A DNA stretch of 63,969 nt, filler included, from Ionaspis alba (GCA_964255285.1; 3 parts of 3 records of this genome joined end to end with filler, not necessarily neighbours in it); one strand, 5' to 3'; numbered from the whole stretch's first letter, positions 11,298 through 23,839 are shown. The notes: a model not told the origin generated them from the sequence alone. Made by a program: numbers and translations.

Positions 11298-12782
11298 AAT
11301 TATTCGGGCTTAGGAGGGGTGGGCCCGGTGACAATGGGATTGAGGTTTGATGGAAGCGATGGAGGTGAGGAAATGGAGGGAACAGCGCAAAGTGTACTGG
11401 TTGCAATGGTTGTTGATGTCGTGTGGTATAGAATTTACCCGAGCATTTCGAAGATATGCCAAGCAGGTCTTGCAGGTACTGGGAGTAGAGGGATTTTTTG
11501 TCTCCGATCCATCTCTCCCCCGTTTGTGATTTGGAGCAGTCCAGAATCTCCGGATTGCCCTTGACAACGGTGGGTTTCACAGAGTGCTCGACATAATATT
11601 GCGGGAGGCGGGAAGCGGGGGATGATGACTTGCATCCAGCCACGACAGATGAAGTGACCTAGGACATCCCGTCCCCGAGGTCCGTAGGTTGGTTGCCCAT
11701 GGGGAAGAGTGGGGGACAAGAAAACCGGAAAGTGGTACTGTTTACATGGGTCTGCAGGTATTGGGTCATGGAGCTGCAGCACCGGATATGCGACGGAAGC
11801 ATACTTGTAAGTTCAGATGATTTACATGCAGCTGCTTTTCGCTTTGGTGGGATTCACGTGAGCTCGTGCTTTGCTAGTGGCTCTTCTTATGCATGCATAT
11901 CTAAGCGAGCCGACATCCGGTGCAGATCAACCCTCCATCATTCTTTGTTTGTTGGTAGTTGTGCATTTCACTACCTGCCTCCTCCTTTACAGAGCCAGTG
12001 ATTTTGGTACGACAATCAGCCTCCGCGTAACTTGACTTTGAAGCACATGCTCCAAGGCTGAGTACGAGCTTGTGCGTCATGCTATCGTATCTACCAGAGG
12101 GTCCTCCTCTAGCCCTCGGCTTCCGGATGCTGGGGAATACAGTTGGATCTGCTTCTGTCGGATGCTCTGGCGAGCGGCTACATAACGGTACTGACAGGGT
12201 GAACGAAACGGGTTCTGCTCTTTAGCCTTCCGCACTGCTCCTTTGGGACCTTTTCCATGTCGTATTGCATAAGGCGAGTGCAGGTATACGCGGGATGTTT
12301 CCGGCCTATTGCAGAATTCTGCGTGTTGTCCCTTCTGGCAATGATGCAGGTTGAGTCAGTCGTTATGTGGGGGATACGGGATGGACTGCAGACGAGAGGC
12401 TGTTGTTGATAGATCGGTATGTTTGCAACGCGCACTTCCATGGAGGATGTTATCCTGGAGTTGATAAATAGGTGCCGGTTTCTCGTCACCGTTTTTGTTT
12501 ATTCGCTATCTCGTCATTCGTTCCTACCTTCGTTTACGTGCCTTTTCCACTGAATACTTTTCATATAATCCATATCAAATGTTAGTGTATCCAATATTGT
12601 ACACTTCTCGCATGCCTTATCATTGCAAATCTTTTATGCCTATCCTTGAATTTTGTACATCGATCTGTATGCATCGTAAGAGCCAGATTCTCTTCTGGTT
12701 TCATTCTCCTGTCCTGTACTATGTGTACTTGAGATGAACTTGTTTGTGCATTAGGCTAGCGAGCTTACGAAGCCTCCATCAG

Positions 12783-14738
12783 ATGTTCAATTTCAAGCTA
12801 CTTCAGATATGTGCTATCAGCATACTCTGGATCTTGCGTTTGACGGATGCCCAAGCGGTTCGAACAGGGTGGACCGTATCCACCGACAGTTTTCAGCCAG
12901 GCAATGCAGCGAAGAACGTATTCGACGGCAACTCCAGCACGATATGGCACACTGTGTACAATCCTGTTAATGTGCCACTCCCACACAACATCACGATTGA
13001 CATGAAGAAGTCATATTTTGTATCTGGTCTATCGTATCAACCTCGCCAAGATGGCAACTCGAATGGCAATATCGGACGGCATGAAATCCGACTGAGCCAA
13101 GATGGAATACGGTGGGGAGCCCCAGTGGCGATTGGCACCTATCTCGATGACAAATCCACGAAGAAGACCACGTTTAGTGCCGCAACTGCGCGCTATGTGC
13201 GTCTCATTGCTCTCACAGAGGCCGGCGGTCGAGGTCCATGGACCAGCGCCGCCGAGCTTAACGTATTCACTTCAGGGACTCTCTCACCACGACAGACCAG
13301 CAACCAGGGACAGTGGGGTCCAACGATTGACTTTCCACTCGTTCCCGTCGCAGCAGCAATGCTTCATGGCACCGGAAACATCCTTACATGGTCATCCTGG
13401 GCACGAGACCAATTCGGAGGATCACCTGGTGGCATAACCCAAACCGCTACTTATAACCCCGCCAGTGGTGCCGTATCTCAGCGTACAGTCACCGAGACCC
13501 AGCACGACATGTTCTGCCCCGGTATCTCCCTCGATGCCAACGGCCGCGCCGTCGTTACGGGCGGAATCAATTCCGAGAAAACCAGCGTTTACGACCCCAA
13601 CGCTGATGGCTGGACTCCCGGTGCCAACCTGCATATTCCCCGTGGCTACCAATCCTCGGCAACGCTCTCCGATGGACAAGTCTTCACAATCGGCGGCTCC
13701 TGGAGCGGTCCCCAGGGAGGCAAGACCGGCGAGATCTACAATCCCGGTGCTAACACATGGACGCTCCTCCCCGGCTGCGACGTCACGCCCATGCTGACCG
13801 CCGACGCCCAAGGCGTCTACCGCCAAGATAATCACGGCTGGCTCTTCGGCTGGAGAGGCGGCTCCGTCTTCCAAGCTGGGCCCTCAAAAGCCATGAACTG
13901 GTACAGCACCAGCGGCAGCGGAGGCGTCAGCCCCGCCGGTCAGCGCGCCAACGACGCAGACTCCATGTGCGGAACTGCCGTCATGTACGATGCCGTGGCC
14001 GGCAAGATCCTGACCTTGGGCGGTGCACCCAACTACGACCATTCGACAGCAACTAACGCCGCCCACATCATCACTATCGGTGATCCGGGCTCCACGGCCT
14101 CGGTCGTCGCTATCGGCGGCATGTCCTTCGCTCGCGGCTTCCACAACAGCGTCGTCCTTCCCAACGGCCAGGTTTTCGTCGTCGGTGGCCAAAGCTTCGA
14201 TATTCCCTTCACCGACGACGCTGCTATCATGACCCCTGAGCTCTGGGATCCGGCTACGGGTGGCTTTACCCAGCTAACGCAGATGCCTACACCTCGTACC
14301 TATCACAGTGTTGCTCTGCTTATGCCTGATGCCAGTGTTTTCAGTGGAGGTGGAGGATTGTGCGGTAACTGCGCGACTAATCATTTCGATGCTCAGATTT
14401 TCTTTCCCCCCTACCTTTTCAATCCGGATGGGAGTAGGGCGTCGAGACCTAATATTAATTCTGTGTCGTTGACGAATGTGGCTGTCGGAGAACAGATTAC
14501 GGCTGATGTCGATCGAGCGGTGGCGAGCTTTTCGCTGGTCAGGGGAGGTTCGGCAACGCATACCGTTAATACGGATCAGAGACGAATTCCGCTGAGTGCG
14601 ACGGCGAACGGATTGAGCTATACGTTTACGGTTCCTGCGGATTCGGGCGTTGCGCTTCCTGGGTATTGGATGTTGTTTGCTATTGATGAAGCTGGGACGC
14701 CGAGTGTTGCTACTTCGATTTTGATAAGAGGTGGTTGA
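12783..14738 (+). CDS. gaoA: Galactose oxidase (AA5_2 copper radical oxidase; CBM32, Kelch propeller, C-terminal Ig-like domain), intronless
   Basis: Signal peptide; CBM32 motifs (FDGNSSTIWHT, YQPRQDG); catalytic motifs HDMFCPG, RGYQSS, GGSWSG, RTYHS and ATHTVN, matching Cys228, Tyr272, Trp290, Tyr495/His496 and His581 of Fusarium GalOx. Confidence 0.95.
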   Translation: MFNFKLLQICAISILWILRLTDAQAVRTGWTVSTDSFQPGNAAKNVFDGNSSTIWHTVYNPVNVPLPHNITIDMKKSYFVSGLSYQPRQDGNSNGNIGRHEIRLSQDGIRWGAPVAIGTYLDDKSTKKTTFSAATARYVRLIALTEAGGRGPWTSAAELNVFTSGTLSPRQTSNQGQWGPTIDFPLVPVAAAMLHGTGNILTWSSWARDQFGGSPGGITQTATYNPASGAVSQRTVTETQHDMFCPGISLDANGRAVVTGGINSEKTSVYDPNADGWTPGANLHIPRGYQSSATLSDGQVFTIGGSWSGPQGGKTGEIYNPGANTWTLLPGCDVTPMLTADAQGVYRQDNHGWLFGWRGGSVFQAGPSKAMNWYSTSGSGGVSPAGQRANDADSMCGTAVMYDAVAGKILTLGGAPNYDHSTATNAAHIITIGDPGSTASVVAIGGMSFARGFHNSVVLPNGQVFVVGGQSFDIPFTDDAAIMTPELWDPATGGFTQLTQMPTPRTYHSVALLMPDASVFSGGGGLCGNCATNHFDAQIFFPPYLFNPDGSRASRPNINSVSLTNVAVGEQITADVDRAVASFSLVRGGSATHTVNTDQRRIPLSATANGLSYTFTVPADSGVALPGYWMLFAIDEAGTPSVATSILIRGG

Positions 14739-15109
14739 GGATAAAAGCGAGTAAGTGATTGGGAGGGGAGTGAGAGGTTGATTTATTGGCCTGGTAGTTT
14801 GCTGAGAAGGATTTTGGTGTTGTGCTGATTTGGATGTTTGATTCTGGGCTTGTGAGCAGTGTACAAGCAACCCTGACTCGGTTGGTGATAATCATAATGT
14901 GTATTTCCATTGGACAATCACAACGACACGGGCAGAGAGCCAAACTTATGTCTTCCTCCATTGCATGTCCATCTACATCCGTGATTATCCAAATTCAAGG
15001 TGCATTTGCCCAACGCCATTTTCAAACCACCAGCCCATCAAATCCTACCTACCACTCCAACCTTATTCTTCCCATCCCTGTAACATCTAGCCCCATTTTC
15101 CGACACATA

Positions 15110-16525
15110 TCACTGATATACCATCTCCCCTTCCTTCTCCCCCTTCATCGCCTTGCCCCCATCACCAACATCCCCATACCCAGGCAATGCATCTCCAGAA
15201 TGTCCATTCACCCCTGTCTCAAACGGCGGTGGCGCCACCTCACCCTGTGGCGCATCCCCCGGCCCGTTCGGATCCTTCTTATCCTCAAGATCCTCCTGTG
15301 ACCCATTTTGGCCATAGTGTTCCATCGACTGCTCGAAAGTCGGCGGCGCCCCGTTGCCGTTCATCTCCTTGCCGCTATGGTACGCACTTAGCAGTAGTAG
15401 TTTGGGAACTACAAACTGGGCGGTGAATTTCTCTTTTGCGCATTCGATTGTTATGACGAGCTTCAGAGCGTAGGAGCGGCCAATGTTGAAGGTTTTGAAG
15501 CTAGGGGTTTGAGTGGTGGGGAGGATGAGATCCATATGCTGGCTCAAATCGAGCGTTCCGCTTTCTGGGATCAGAATAGTGGCGGATTTGGACAGAGTGG
15601 CGAAGTCGACTTCTGGGTCCCAGGTTGAGATTTTGGAGCCGCTGGGAGAGAGATTTTGTGGAATAGGATTGCCATCGTGAAGGGCACGGAGGTGAGTCCG
15701 CTCGATGAGGCGGAGCTTACAGGCTTTGAGATGGATTTGGGGAGGGGTCTTGACAGTCGAGTTGGATGTGTCGTGGGTGAGAGAGAGGTGGATGGGTAGA
15801 GGTTGGCCAAGGATGGCGATTGTTGGGATGGTCGCAGCGACTGTGAAGAAGGCGCTGGGAAGTGAGGAGGTGCTGAGTTTGGATTTCATGCGTTCGGTAA
15901 AGGTCGGGGCACGAGAGGCGAGGGAGGGGTTGAGGTAGAGTGAGCGGCATTCGAAGTCGCTGGTAGTGGTAACCAGAGAATTGGAATTGGGTGGAGCGAG
16001 TATGGGCCGATAAGGTATGACGGTGATTGTTTCTTTACATTCGCGGTCACGGCCGTGAAGGCTCAGGCTTTTGGTCGTTTGAAGCTCGACATTGAGCTCA
16101 TAGCTGACATAGAAGGAATCGCGTGTTTCGTTGCCCTTGAACTCATGCTTGATGCTCGGAGGTAAAGTCTGCAACGGGTTATTGTCGAAAAAGCTATGCG
16201 AGTATTTGAGGATATTTCCATTCATTCGAGTGCAATCAAGAGGGAGCGAGAACGTAAATGGCCAGTCATAGGTCTTCTTCTGCAAAGGAAAGGGTCCTTG
16301 AAGGAGGGTTTCATTGTCTTCGAAGAGGTTGATACGCGCACGATAGTAAATCCAGCTGTACGAGCCCATTCCAGAGCCATTGACGGTCAATTTTGTCTTT
16401 GCGCGGCCGCTGAAGCTGATGATGACATGCTTGACCTCGAATTCCGAGGTGGCCTGCAGGCGGACGATACCAGCGATGGTGTCTCCTGGATGGTAAACGG
16501 GCTTTGGATCATGGAGGACGATGCT
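15110..16525 (-). CDS. Arrestin-like (arrestin-N domain) protein, 5' end lost in gap
   Basis: YHPGDTIAGIVRL..VIISFSGRAKTK..YDWPFTFSLP..LPPS and PSFKTFNIGRSYAL; C-terminal PY-like motifs (APPTF, PPPF, LPGY). Confidence 0.8.
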   Translation of the reverse strand, partial: SIVLHDPKPVYHPGDTIAGIVRLQATSEFEVKHVIISFSGRAKTKLTVNGSGMGSYSWIYYRARINLFEDNETLLQGPFPLQKKTYDWPFTFSLPLDCTRMNGNILKYSHSFFDNNPLQTLPPSIKHEFKGNETRDSFYVSYELNVELQTTKSLSLHGRDRECKETITVIPYRPILAPPNSNSLVTTTSDFECRSLYLNPSLASRAPTFTERMKSKLSTSSLPSAFFTVAATIPTIAILGQPLPIHLSLTHDTSNSTVKTPPQIHLKACKLRLIERTHLRALHDGNPIPQNLSPSGSKISTWDPEVDFATLSKSATILIPESGTLDLSQHMDLILPTTQTPSFKTFNIGRSYALKLVITIECAKEKFTAQFVVPKLLLLSAYHSGKEMNGNGAPPTFEQSMEHYGQNGSQEDLEDKKDPNGPGDAPQGEVAPPPFETGVNGHSGDALPGYGDVGDGGKAMKGEKEGEMVYQ

Positions 16526-16688
16526 NNNNNNNNNNNNNNNNNNNNNNNNNNNNNNNNNNNNNNNNNNNNNNNNNNNNNNNNNNNNNNNNNNNNNNNNNNN
16601 NNNNNNNNNNNNNNNNNNNNNNNNNCTATACCGCAATGAAGAAGCGAGCCTTTACGAAGAGACCTGATTGCTAGGTCGACCAACATTA

Positions 16689-19600
16689 TCAAGGACTAAG
16701 AAATGGCGGAACTCCCAGAGAAGACCTGCTCCTATTAGCCAGCGACGGCCTCAAGCCAGCTGAACGCGGAGGGCCTTGTTCTGTCGACTCAAGCCCACGT
16801 TTGATCACAGCAACTTCATCGCGCTTCACAAACACGATGTCACCTTGACAAGTGACCTGGATCATGAACTCGATGTTAGTAGTCAACCAATCGGCCGGAA
16901 GAAAGAAATGTCGGATATATTCGTTGGCGCTCGTGGTCTCCGGATCCGCTGAGCAGATCCAATTATCACTATGAAGGAAGATCAGTCGTTGCCCGCTCGC
17001 TCCAATGAGGACTTCGACCGAGTCTGCTAAATGATGATATTTGGGCACTGGCGCTGCGGATGTAGATTTAGGGACAAAGTCCGCCGATCTCCAGAGTAGT
17101 AATTTTGACTTAGTATTTGGCCTTATGCTCTCGCTGAAAGTCGATGCGAGGATGGTGCCGTTGAAACAAGACCTCATGCTGCGAATAGAAAGTTCTGGGA
17201 CGATGTTTCCCTCCAGCATAATACCACGACCCTCAGTCACTCTTCGCAGTGTCCGCCATTCGTAGATATGTGCCTCGTTCTTGATGATTAGGACTAAGTG
17301 CTCTGGATTAGCTGGGTGGCCCGCCCAGCGATAAGGACCACGACCCTCCCAAGAGAGAGTCTCAACAATCTTGTTTCCATCTGGCGATATGGACCACAGT
17401 GTATCTATTTTGGCAGAACAGATGAGCATTCTTGTAAGGCCATGGTTGCTCAATGCTTCATCGATAACGACATCAGCACGATGTTCGAAAATAGGTTCTT
17501 TTGCCTCCCAAATAGGGCTGCGGCTGCCAATCTGCATGGCATGGATGATGATCCGACTTGCAGAGTCAATGCTGATAAGTCTCTGGCTTTGCTCCTCATA
17601 ATAGAGTGACACAACAGCAATACCAAGGGCGTGGTTGAACAGGTTTTGGGTCTGTGTACCAGATTTGGTATCATAAAGACATACCGATCCATCCTCTTTT
17701 CCACAGAAGAAATAGTCCCCATTTCCAAAGGTTGCCAAAGCTGTGATCAACAAAACGTCATCAGAGTTCTCTAAAGTAAATTCCTGTGGAACGGTCGATA
17801 CAGAGACAGTGTCGCTAACTTCCTCGTCCATTTCTTGTCGTATCAGTACAGTTGGGTCCCATACTCGACACTGAGATCCACGAATATCGAGTAGATGTTG
17901 ACTATCGCCGCTAAAAGCAAGCCCCTGTATTCCATACTCTGCTGAATTGATTTTGTATAACAGTTTTAGGGACTCAAATTCGAACAATTTGACAGTTCCA
18001 GAAGGATCACCACTGGCTAAAGTAAGTCCATCCTCGGAACACGCGAGAATATGGGCGAATGCCACTGTTGTCTCCCTTACAACACCTTCAGAAATATCAA
18101 ACAAGATCAAATCTCCGTCCACGTAAGTGGCTGCTAGTAGATTGGCATTCACAGCCTGACTGAAAATAAGACTTCGTACGCCAGGATGAACAATAGCCTT
18201 GTCAGGTTTTGGTCCAGCACCCGTCTGCTTGTTATACGTATCGTGTAACGTGTCGTTTTCGAGATCCCATAAAAGGATGTCCTGGCCGCGATAGCCAATA
18301 GCTAGTAGATTAGTGTCCATACAAAACGCTGCAGCTACTGGACGACGGAAAAGATGCGACGATTGATCTTCCAGGCACTGTGTCCAATCCGCAGAGTCTC
18401 TCAGACTTCCATCACTAAGATCCCACATCATGAAGTGATTGTTTTTCTGTGCACCTAGTAAGAGCCTGTCTTCATCTGTAAAGGCCAAGGCCATGCATTG
18501 TTTAGGTGCGTCCAGACTCCAAATCTGCTCCCACGAAGATGTGTTCCACACACGGACTGTTCGTGAGCCAGCAGAAGCGAGCAGCTCGCTCTGTCTACCG
18601 AAGTGAAGGAGCCTTACAGGCTCTTGGTGTAACAATGCTTGGACCTCCTGACATGTCGTTGCATTGTGTATTGTTATTCTTCCACTAGACATCCCAAGAG
18701 CGAACAGTTGCATTGAGCATGCAAGTGCTGAGAATATCTCCCTTAGGTCAACGATTGTTGATAAGCAATCATCCCAAGCAGTGGCTGAGACGCCAATCAC
18801 GCTGATTCCACGGGCAGATGTTGTCAATTGCTTCCTCAAAGCTGTCTCAGCAGGGCAAAAAGGAGGGATAAGATGAAATATTGAATAAGGAGAAGCTTTG
18901 AGATGTTTGCCGAACTTTGTCACAAGTCGGACAAGATCAGAGGACCAGGAATCCACAAGTGTGACTTCTTTTCCAAAAGGAGACATATGTTTCGATCTTC
19001 TTTTCAGAAAATCTCCTAGAGATCTGGCTGTTTGGATCAAGCGAACCAGGTTCGAATGTTGGGCAATATAGTAGATCCATGCCAGAACATTGGTGGAGCC
19101 CAAAAAATTGGCCAGAGCAAACAGGAAATCATCGTCCATTGATGAAACATAGACGATATGCTCAAACAGCAAGTTGCAGGCATAGCTCTCAAGCTGGGAA
19201 CGTTCTACTGCTGTTCTGCTCGCACTCAATTTGCGTCGTGCGGGAGCTTTCATGTCCCTTCCATTCAGGTATTCCAAGCATGTCATGGCTATTCGTCGAT
19301 GGCCTTCTCTTGCGTCAATTATGAACTCTGAGTCTATCGGCGCTTCTAGAAGAAAGTCTCGAGCAGTTTGGTGGACCATTTGTACGCGCAACTGGGCATC
19401 AACATAAACAAGTTGGCCGCAGCTTGATATGATTGAGCGTTCAAGGCTATCGATTCCTTGTTTTAAGTCCAACTTGAGTGCATCACGTAGTTCCACTGTC
19501 TTGAGAGGGCGGGCTGCGCAAACTGTCCAGACTAGAATTGCTTTAGTAAGCGCCTTCCCGTAAGGTGCTTCAGACATAGAGTTGAGTATTCGCTGATAGA

Positions 19601-21411
19601 GACCGTTCATATTTGACGGAACACTGTCGAGAATATCACGGACTTCAGATAACATGTGAACTTGTCCCAATTCCTGAAGAACCAAAGTGACCCATAGGAA
19701 GCAACCAGCAGACTTTTCGAGTATTTGTTCCACTATATCTTGGCGGCCGAGTTTGTCAATCGAGGGCAATTTGTCCATATTCGCCTCAATATACAATGCG
19801 ATATCAGACTTTGTATCTTCTGGCAGGATTTTATCCTGAATTACCCGATTCTTTGGTGATGTTGTGGTTTTGTATGATTCAAACGTGTTCCGTGATGTGA
19901 CAATGATATGTATAGGACACATCTCGGCAGCTTTTGACAGAAAAGGAACGAGTTCGGCATTGTTTTTGCATTCGTCCAAGGCATCAATTACCCAGTAATG
20001 GGTTTGATCAAGCACCTTGCAAATGCCTTCGAGAAACAATCTTCGCCACACAGAACGATAGTCTTCTTTGATAAGCCCGTCGTCTTTTTCATAGATTTGA
20101 AGTACAGTGTTGAGGACCGAAGGTTGTAAGACTGCAGTTTGCCAAGCCATCGACAGCAGAAATGAGCTGATGATAGATTTGCCCTTGTCGCCGTAATTGA
20201 AGAAATAGAAACTGCAATTCTTGTGTAGCCCCTGGAAGTATCTCACAATTCGGCCACTTAACACTGATTTACCAGTCCCAGGGTTTGCACTAATCCAATA
20301 AAGCTGTTTGTTTGCAGCATTTAGCCACTGGCTGAATATCGGTTTCTTGATAAGCCATTCACATGATCCTGGCATGCGTAAAGCATCCGTACCCATAAGG
20401 TCGTCCTCAGGCGCGTCCGAGACTCCTAGAAAGTTTTTGAGGATTCGACGCTGTTCTGTATGAATCTCATGTCTTGTCGATTTTATATTTGTCCGATGAT
20501 TCTCGATAGCACCGACTAAGGCGTTTCTCACGGTGATGTAATTTGGATCTTTCTGACTAGAATACTTGCATACGTCACGATGGTTTGCATTCAACAACGC
20601 GATCCGCTCGTTGGTATAGCCCAATGTTGCCAGGTCCTTCTCTACCACAAGACCCTTACCAATCCCGTAGTTGGTTGATAGAGTCTCATAAAATGAATAT
20701 AGCTGTATTTCCTGGCTAAAATGAGGGAACTCTTCGTTTATAGACTGGGTTGCGAGCGAGTCACGACGAAGATCACCAACATATGGTTTTGTGCCGATAG
20801 TGACTCGCAAAATCTTTTCTAAAAGCGGGGCCAGGTCCGAACCTCGATGCGGTGTTGCCAGGAATATAATTGTCTTTATTCTTTCGGCAAGGCTTTGGAA
20901 CTCTTTCTTCTGCTTTGCTATAATGTAGGCTCGCTTGATGACCAGGCCGCCCATACTATGGCCGACAAAAACAATGAAATCCTTGGATATCATTAGCTTA
21001 CTTCATTACTACTTCTCTCGATATAGGATTCTTGGAATGTATTGAGTGCTTTATCGTAGGCAGAGCCAGGTATTTTAGAGAAAGGCCAAAAAAAGGAGAA
21101 GGGGGAAAACGTAAAGCTCGTACCTTCGAGCCCCGTGGAATAGCAGGGCAGTCCTGCACAGATCCAAGGAGTGAATTCGCAAAGTCCTGGATATTAAGTG
21201 TGCTCCCTTGTCCCCAGTTAGAATTATATCCAAATGCGTGTATTCGGACATCTCCAAACGCCGGATCTTTTGGCAGCCATTCTCCAGGCCAGAATAGCGA
21301 GGAATTGCCATTTTTGGTCCAAGTACTTCGAGAACCTCCTCTGAGACCATGAACGAATATCAAGTCGGCGATTGCTAGGTCCTGTGGTACGTATAGAGTA
21401 CTGAGCCCAAG
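16689..21411 (-). CDS. Fungal NLR-like protein: alpha/beta-hydrolase (SesB/PGAP1-like), NACHT, WD40; 5' truncated at scaffold end
   Basis: IFVHGLRG and GHSMGG lipase motifs; Walker A ANPGTGKS; Walker B YWVIDALDEC; GCFLWV and HQTARDFL; degenerate WD repeats (VRVWN, ILLWD, CRVWD). Predicted intron 21123-20982. Confidence 0.9.
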
Positions 21412-21511
21412 NNNNNNNNNNNNNNNNNNNNNNNNNNNNNNNNNNNNNNNNNNNNTTAATTAATTAANNNNNNNNNNNNNNNNNNNNNNNNNNNNNNNNN
21501 NNNNNNNNNNN
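21412..21511. other. Artificial scaffold-joining spacer
   Basis: N44-TTAATTAATTAA-N44, which has stops in all six frames. The NLR gene is cut here. Confidence 0.9.
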
Positions 21512-21559
21512 CCCCCCTAACCCTAACTCGACTACTCCCCCTAAACAACCCACCACAAA

Positions 21560-23387
21560 ATGGCAGATCTTGAACATCTCACAACTTACTTGGCGCTCAA
21601 CCAGATATCATTTCTGGCCATTGGTGTATCGCTGGCACTCGCTCTATTCTACGCATTATATCTGCGCGCTTTACCCAAACCGATTCCAGGCATCCCATAC
21701 AATGTCGAGTCCTCCCAGCGTCTCCTGGGGGATCTCCCTCACTTCTTCGCGCTCGAGAAGGCGGGGCGACGGATCATGGAGTTCTGGGCCGACGTGAGCC
21801 GCAAACAACAGTCGCCCATCACGCAGTATTTCGCCGGGCCCTTCACCAAATCGGTCGTAATCATCTCGGATTTTCGAGAAGCCAAGGATCTTCTGCTCAG
21901 ACGTGGAAAGCTGCTGGACCATGGGAGCCTCAACACCGGCTTGTGGTTTGGCGCCATCCCCCACCATTTCGTGGGGATGCCCTCGAGCGATCCCAAATAT
22001 GCAAAGTCCAAAAATCTGTCCAACGATCTGATGACGCCGAGCTTTCTGCACAATGTAAGCCCTTCATGAATGCCATCTCGTGGGACTTTCGCTCACGGAT
22101 TCAAAGGTCTCAATCCCCGCATCCTATCAGAAAACAATGAACTTTATCAAGCTCTGGCAGCTCAAAGCGCAGATCGCCAACGAGCACCCTTTTGTCGCCC
22201 TCGAGGATTTCAACTTCCTCACGGGCGACATCATCTGTGCAGCTGCATTGGGCATCTCTGACGACGACAGCGACACTGTGAAGCACTACAAGCGTTTGCA
22301 AGCCGGTAATCTCCGCAAGGGACAGCCAACGTCGCGAGATCAGGTCTATCCGTTCCCCGATTATAAGGCCACTGGTCTCCTCGAGGCGACCCACCTGATC
22401 GCTGATAGCATCACCGGCGCTCGTACGGCATCAATGCCAAAGCTCTACTGGTTCTTCACCAACCTGAGACCCTCCGTAAGCAAGGCCCAGCAGACACGGG
22501 ACCGCATCATGCAGAGCTATATCAACCAGGCCAGCCAGACCGCAGCCCAGACCACATCCGGGACAGGGTACCGCGCCGCTGTCGACTACATCATATCTCG
22601 TGAGATGACGGCGGCGAAGAAGGAAGGTCGACAGCCAGCACTGACCTCGCGCGTGATCCACGACTCTCTCTTCGGATACGTGCTGGGCGGGCAAAGCACC
22701 ACCCACAGCGTCCTGTGCTTCATGATGAAACGCCTCAGCGTGCGCCAGGACGTGCAGAGCAAACTGCGTGGCCATCTCTACAAGGCGTACACCGCCGCCT
22801 CAGCCACGGGACGCAACCCGACCGTCGAAGAATTCCTCGCCATGCGCCTGCCCTACCTCGACGCCGTCATCGAGGAGACTATGCGCCTCAACGTCACCGC
22901 GCCCGTGCTCATCCGCGAGGCTCTCGAAGACCTCGATTTCCTCGGCCACACTATCCCCCGCGGCACCAACATCTTCTGTACGCTGTGGGGCCCCTCCTTC
23001 GACGAGCCGGCTTTCGCCATCGACGAAAAGCTGCGCAGCAAGTCCTCGCAGGCCCACTACGACGAGACGCCCGGCGACTGGACGCGCAGCGGTTTCGCGC
23101 CCGCCGAATTTCATCCCGAGCGATGGCTGCGCAGCGAAGGGGACGGTATCGTCTTCGACATCAAAAACGGCCCCACACTGGGCTTGGGAGCCGGGTCGAG
23201 GGAGTGTTGGGGCAAACGGCTGGCGTACCACGAACTCAAGCTGATCGCTACGCTTATCATCTGGAATTTCGAGCTCCTCCCGCTTCCGGCGGCGCTGCTC
23301 GACACGGAGGTCGTGGATTTCTTCGTGGCTAAGCCTAAGACGTGCTTTGTGAGGCTGCGGAACACCTCGCCCAAGTCGGCTGCATAG
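21560..23387 (+). CDS. Cytochrome P450 (2 exons)
   Basis: N-terminal TM followed by LPKPIPGIPYN; intron 22055-22106 (GTAAGC..CTCAC..AAG) joins the two ORFs; ETMR (ExxR), PERW and heme motif LGAGSRECWG. Confidence 0.93.
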
Positions 23388-23839
23388 GGGATATTAGATG
23401 GGATATCTGGTTTTAGTTGTACGTTTGAAGCAAACTAGACCTGTTGATTAGCCTATAAGAAAGAAAATGTTCTCTTCCCATTAGTGTATTTGATAAGCAA
23501 AGGTTGCGAATATCATATTGTAGGGCCAGACCTGGGGTCTAACTCTACTAATAGGGATTGGATCACTGCGTGACAATAGTTTGGTAATAAATGATTCGCA
23601 ATGTTGAATAAGTTGATTGATTATTACTTTCTAAAAGAGCTCGATGTTCGAGTTTTATTCTCGCGTAACGTCTTCCTAATCTGTATTGATACTAGTGCGA
23701 ACAAGGGTCAAGTTTTGGCCTAACGCAATTATATCCCAGACTTCTTTTACAGTAGCTTGGACATCTAAAACGAATATATACTAATCGGCTACTTTATAAT
23801 TGACATATCAAAACCCCATGTTCCAAGAATTCTAAGACT

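Noticed and set aside
16626..16636. ORF-track start (MRY) for the arrestin gene
   Set aside because: It is produced by reading through the N gap; the real start and promoter are probably inside the gap.
1..21411. Starship-type giant transposon carrying the accessory genes
   Set aside because: No DUF3435 tyrosine recombinase captain or element boundary is visible in the window, and cargo-like content alone is insufficient.
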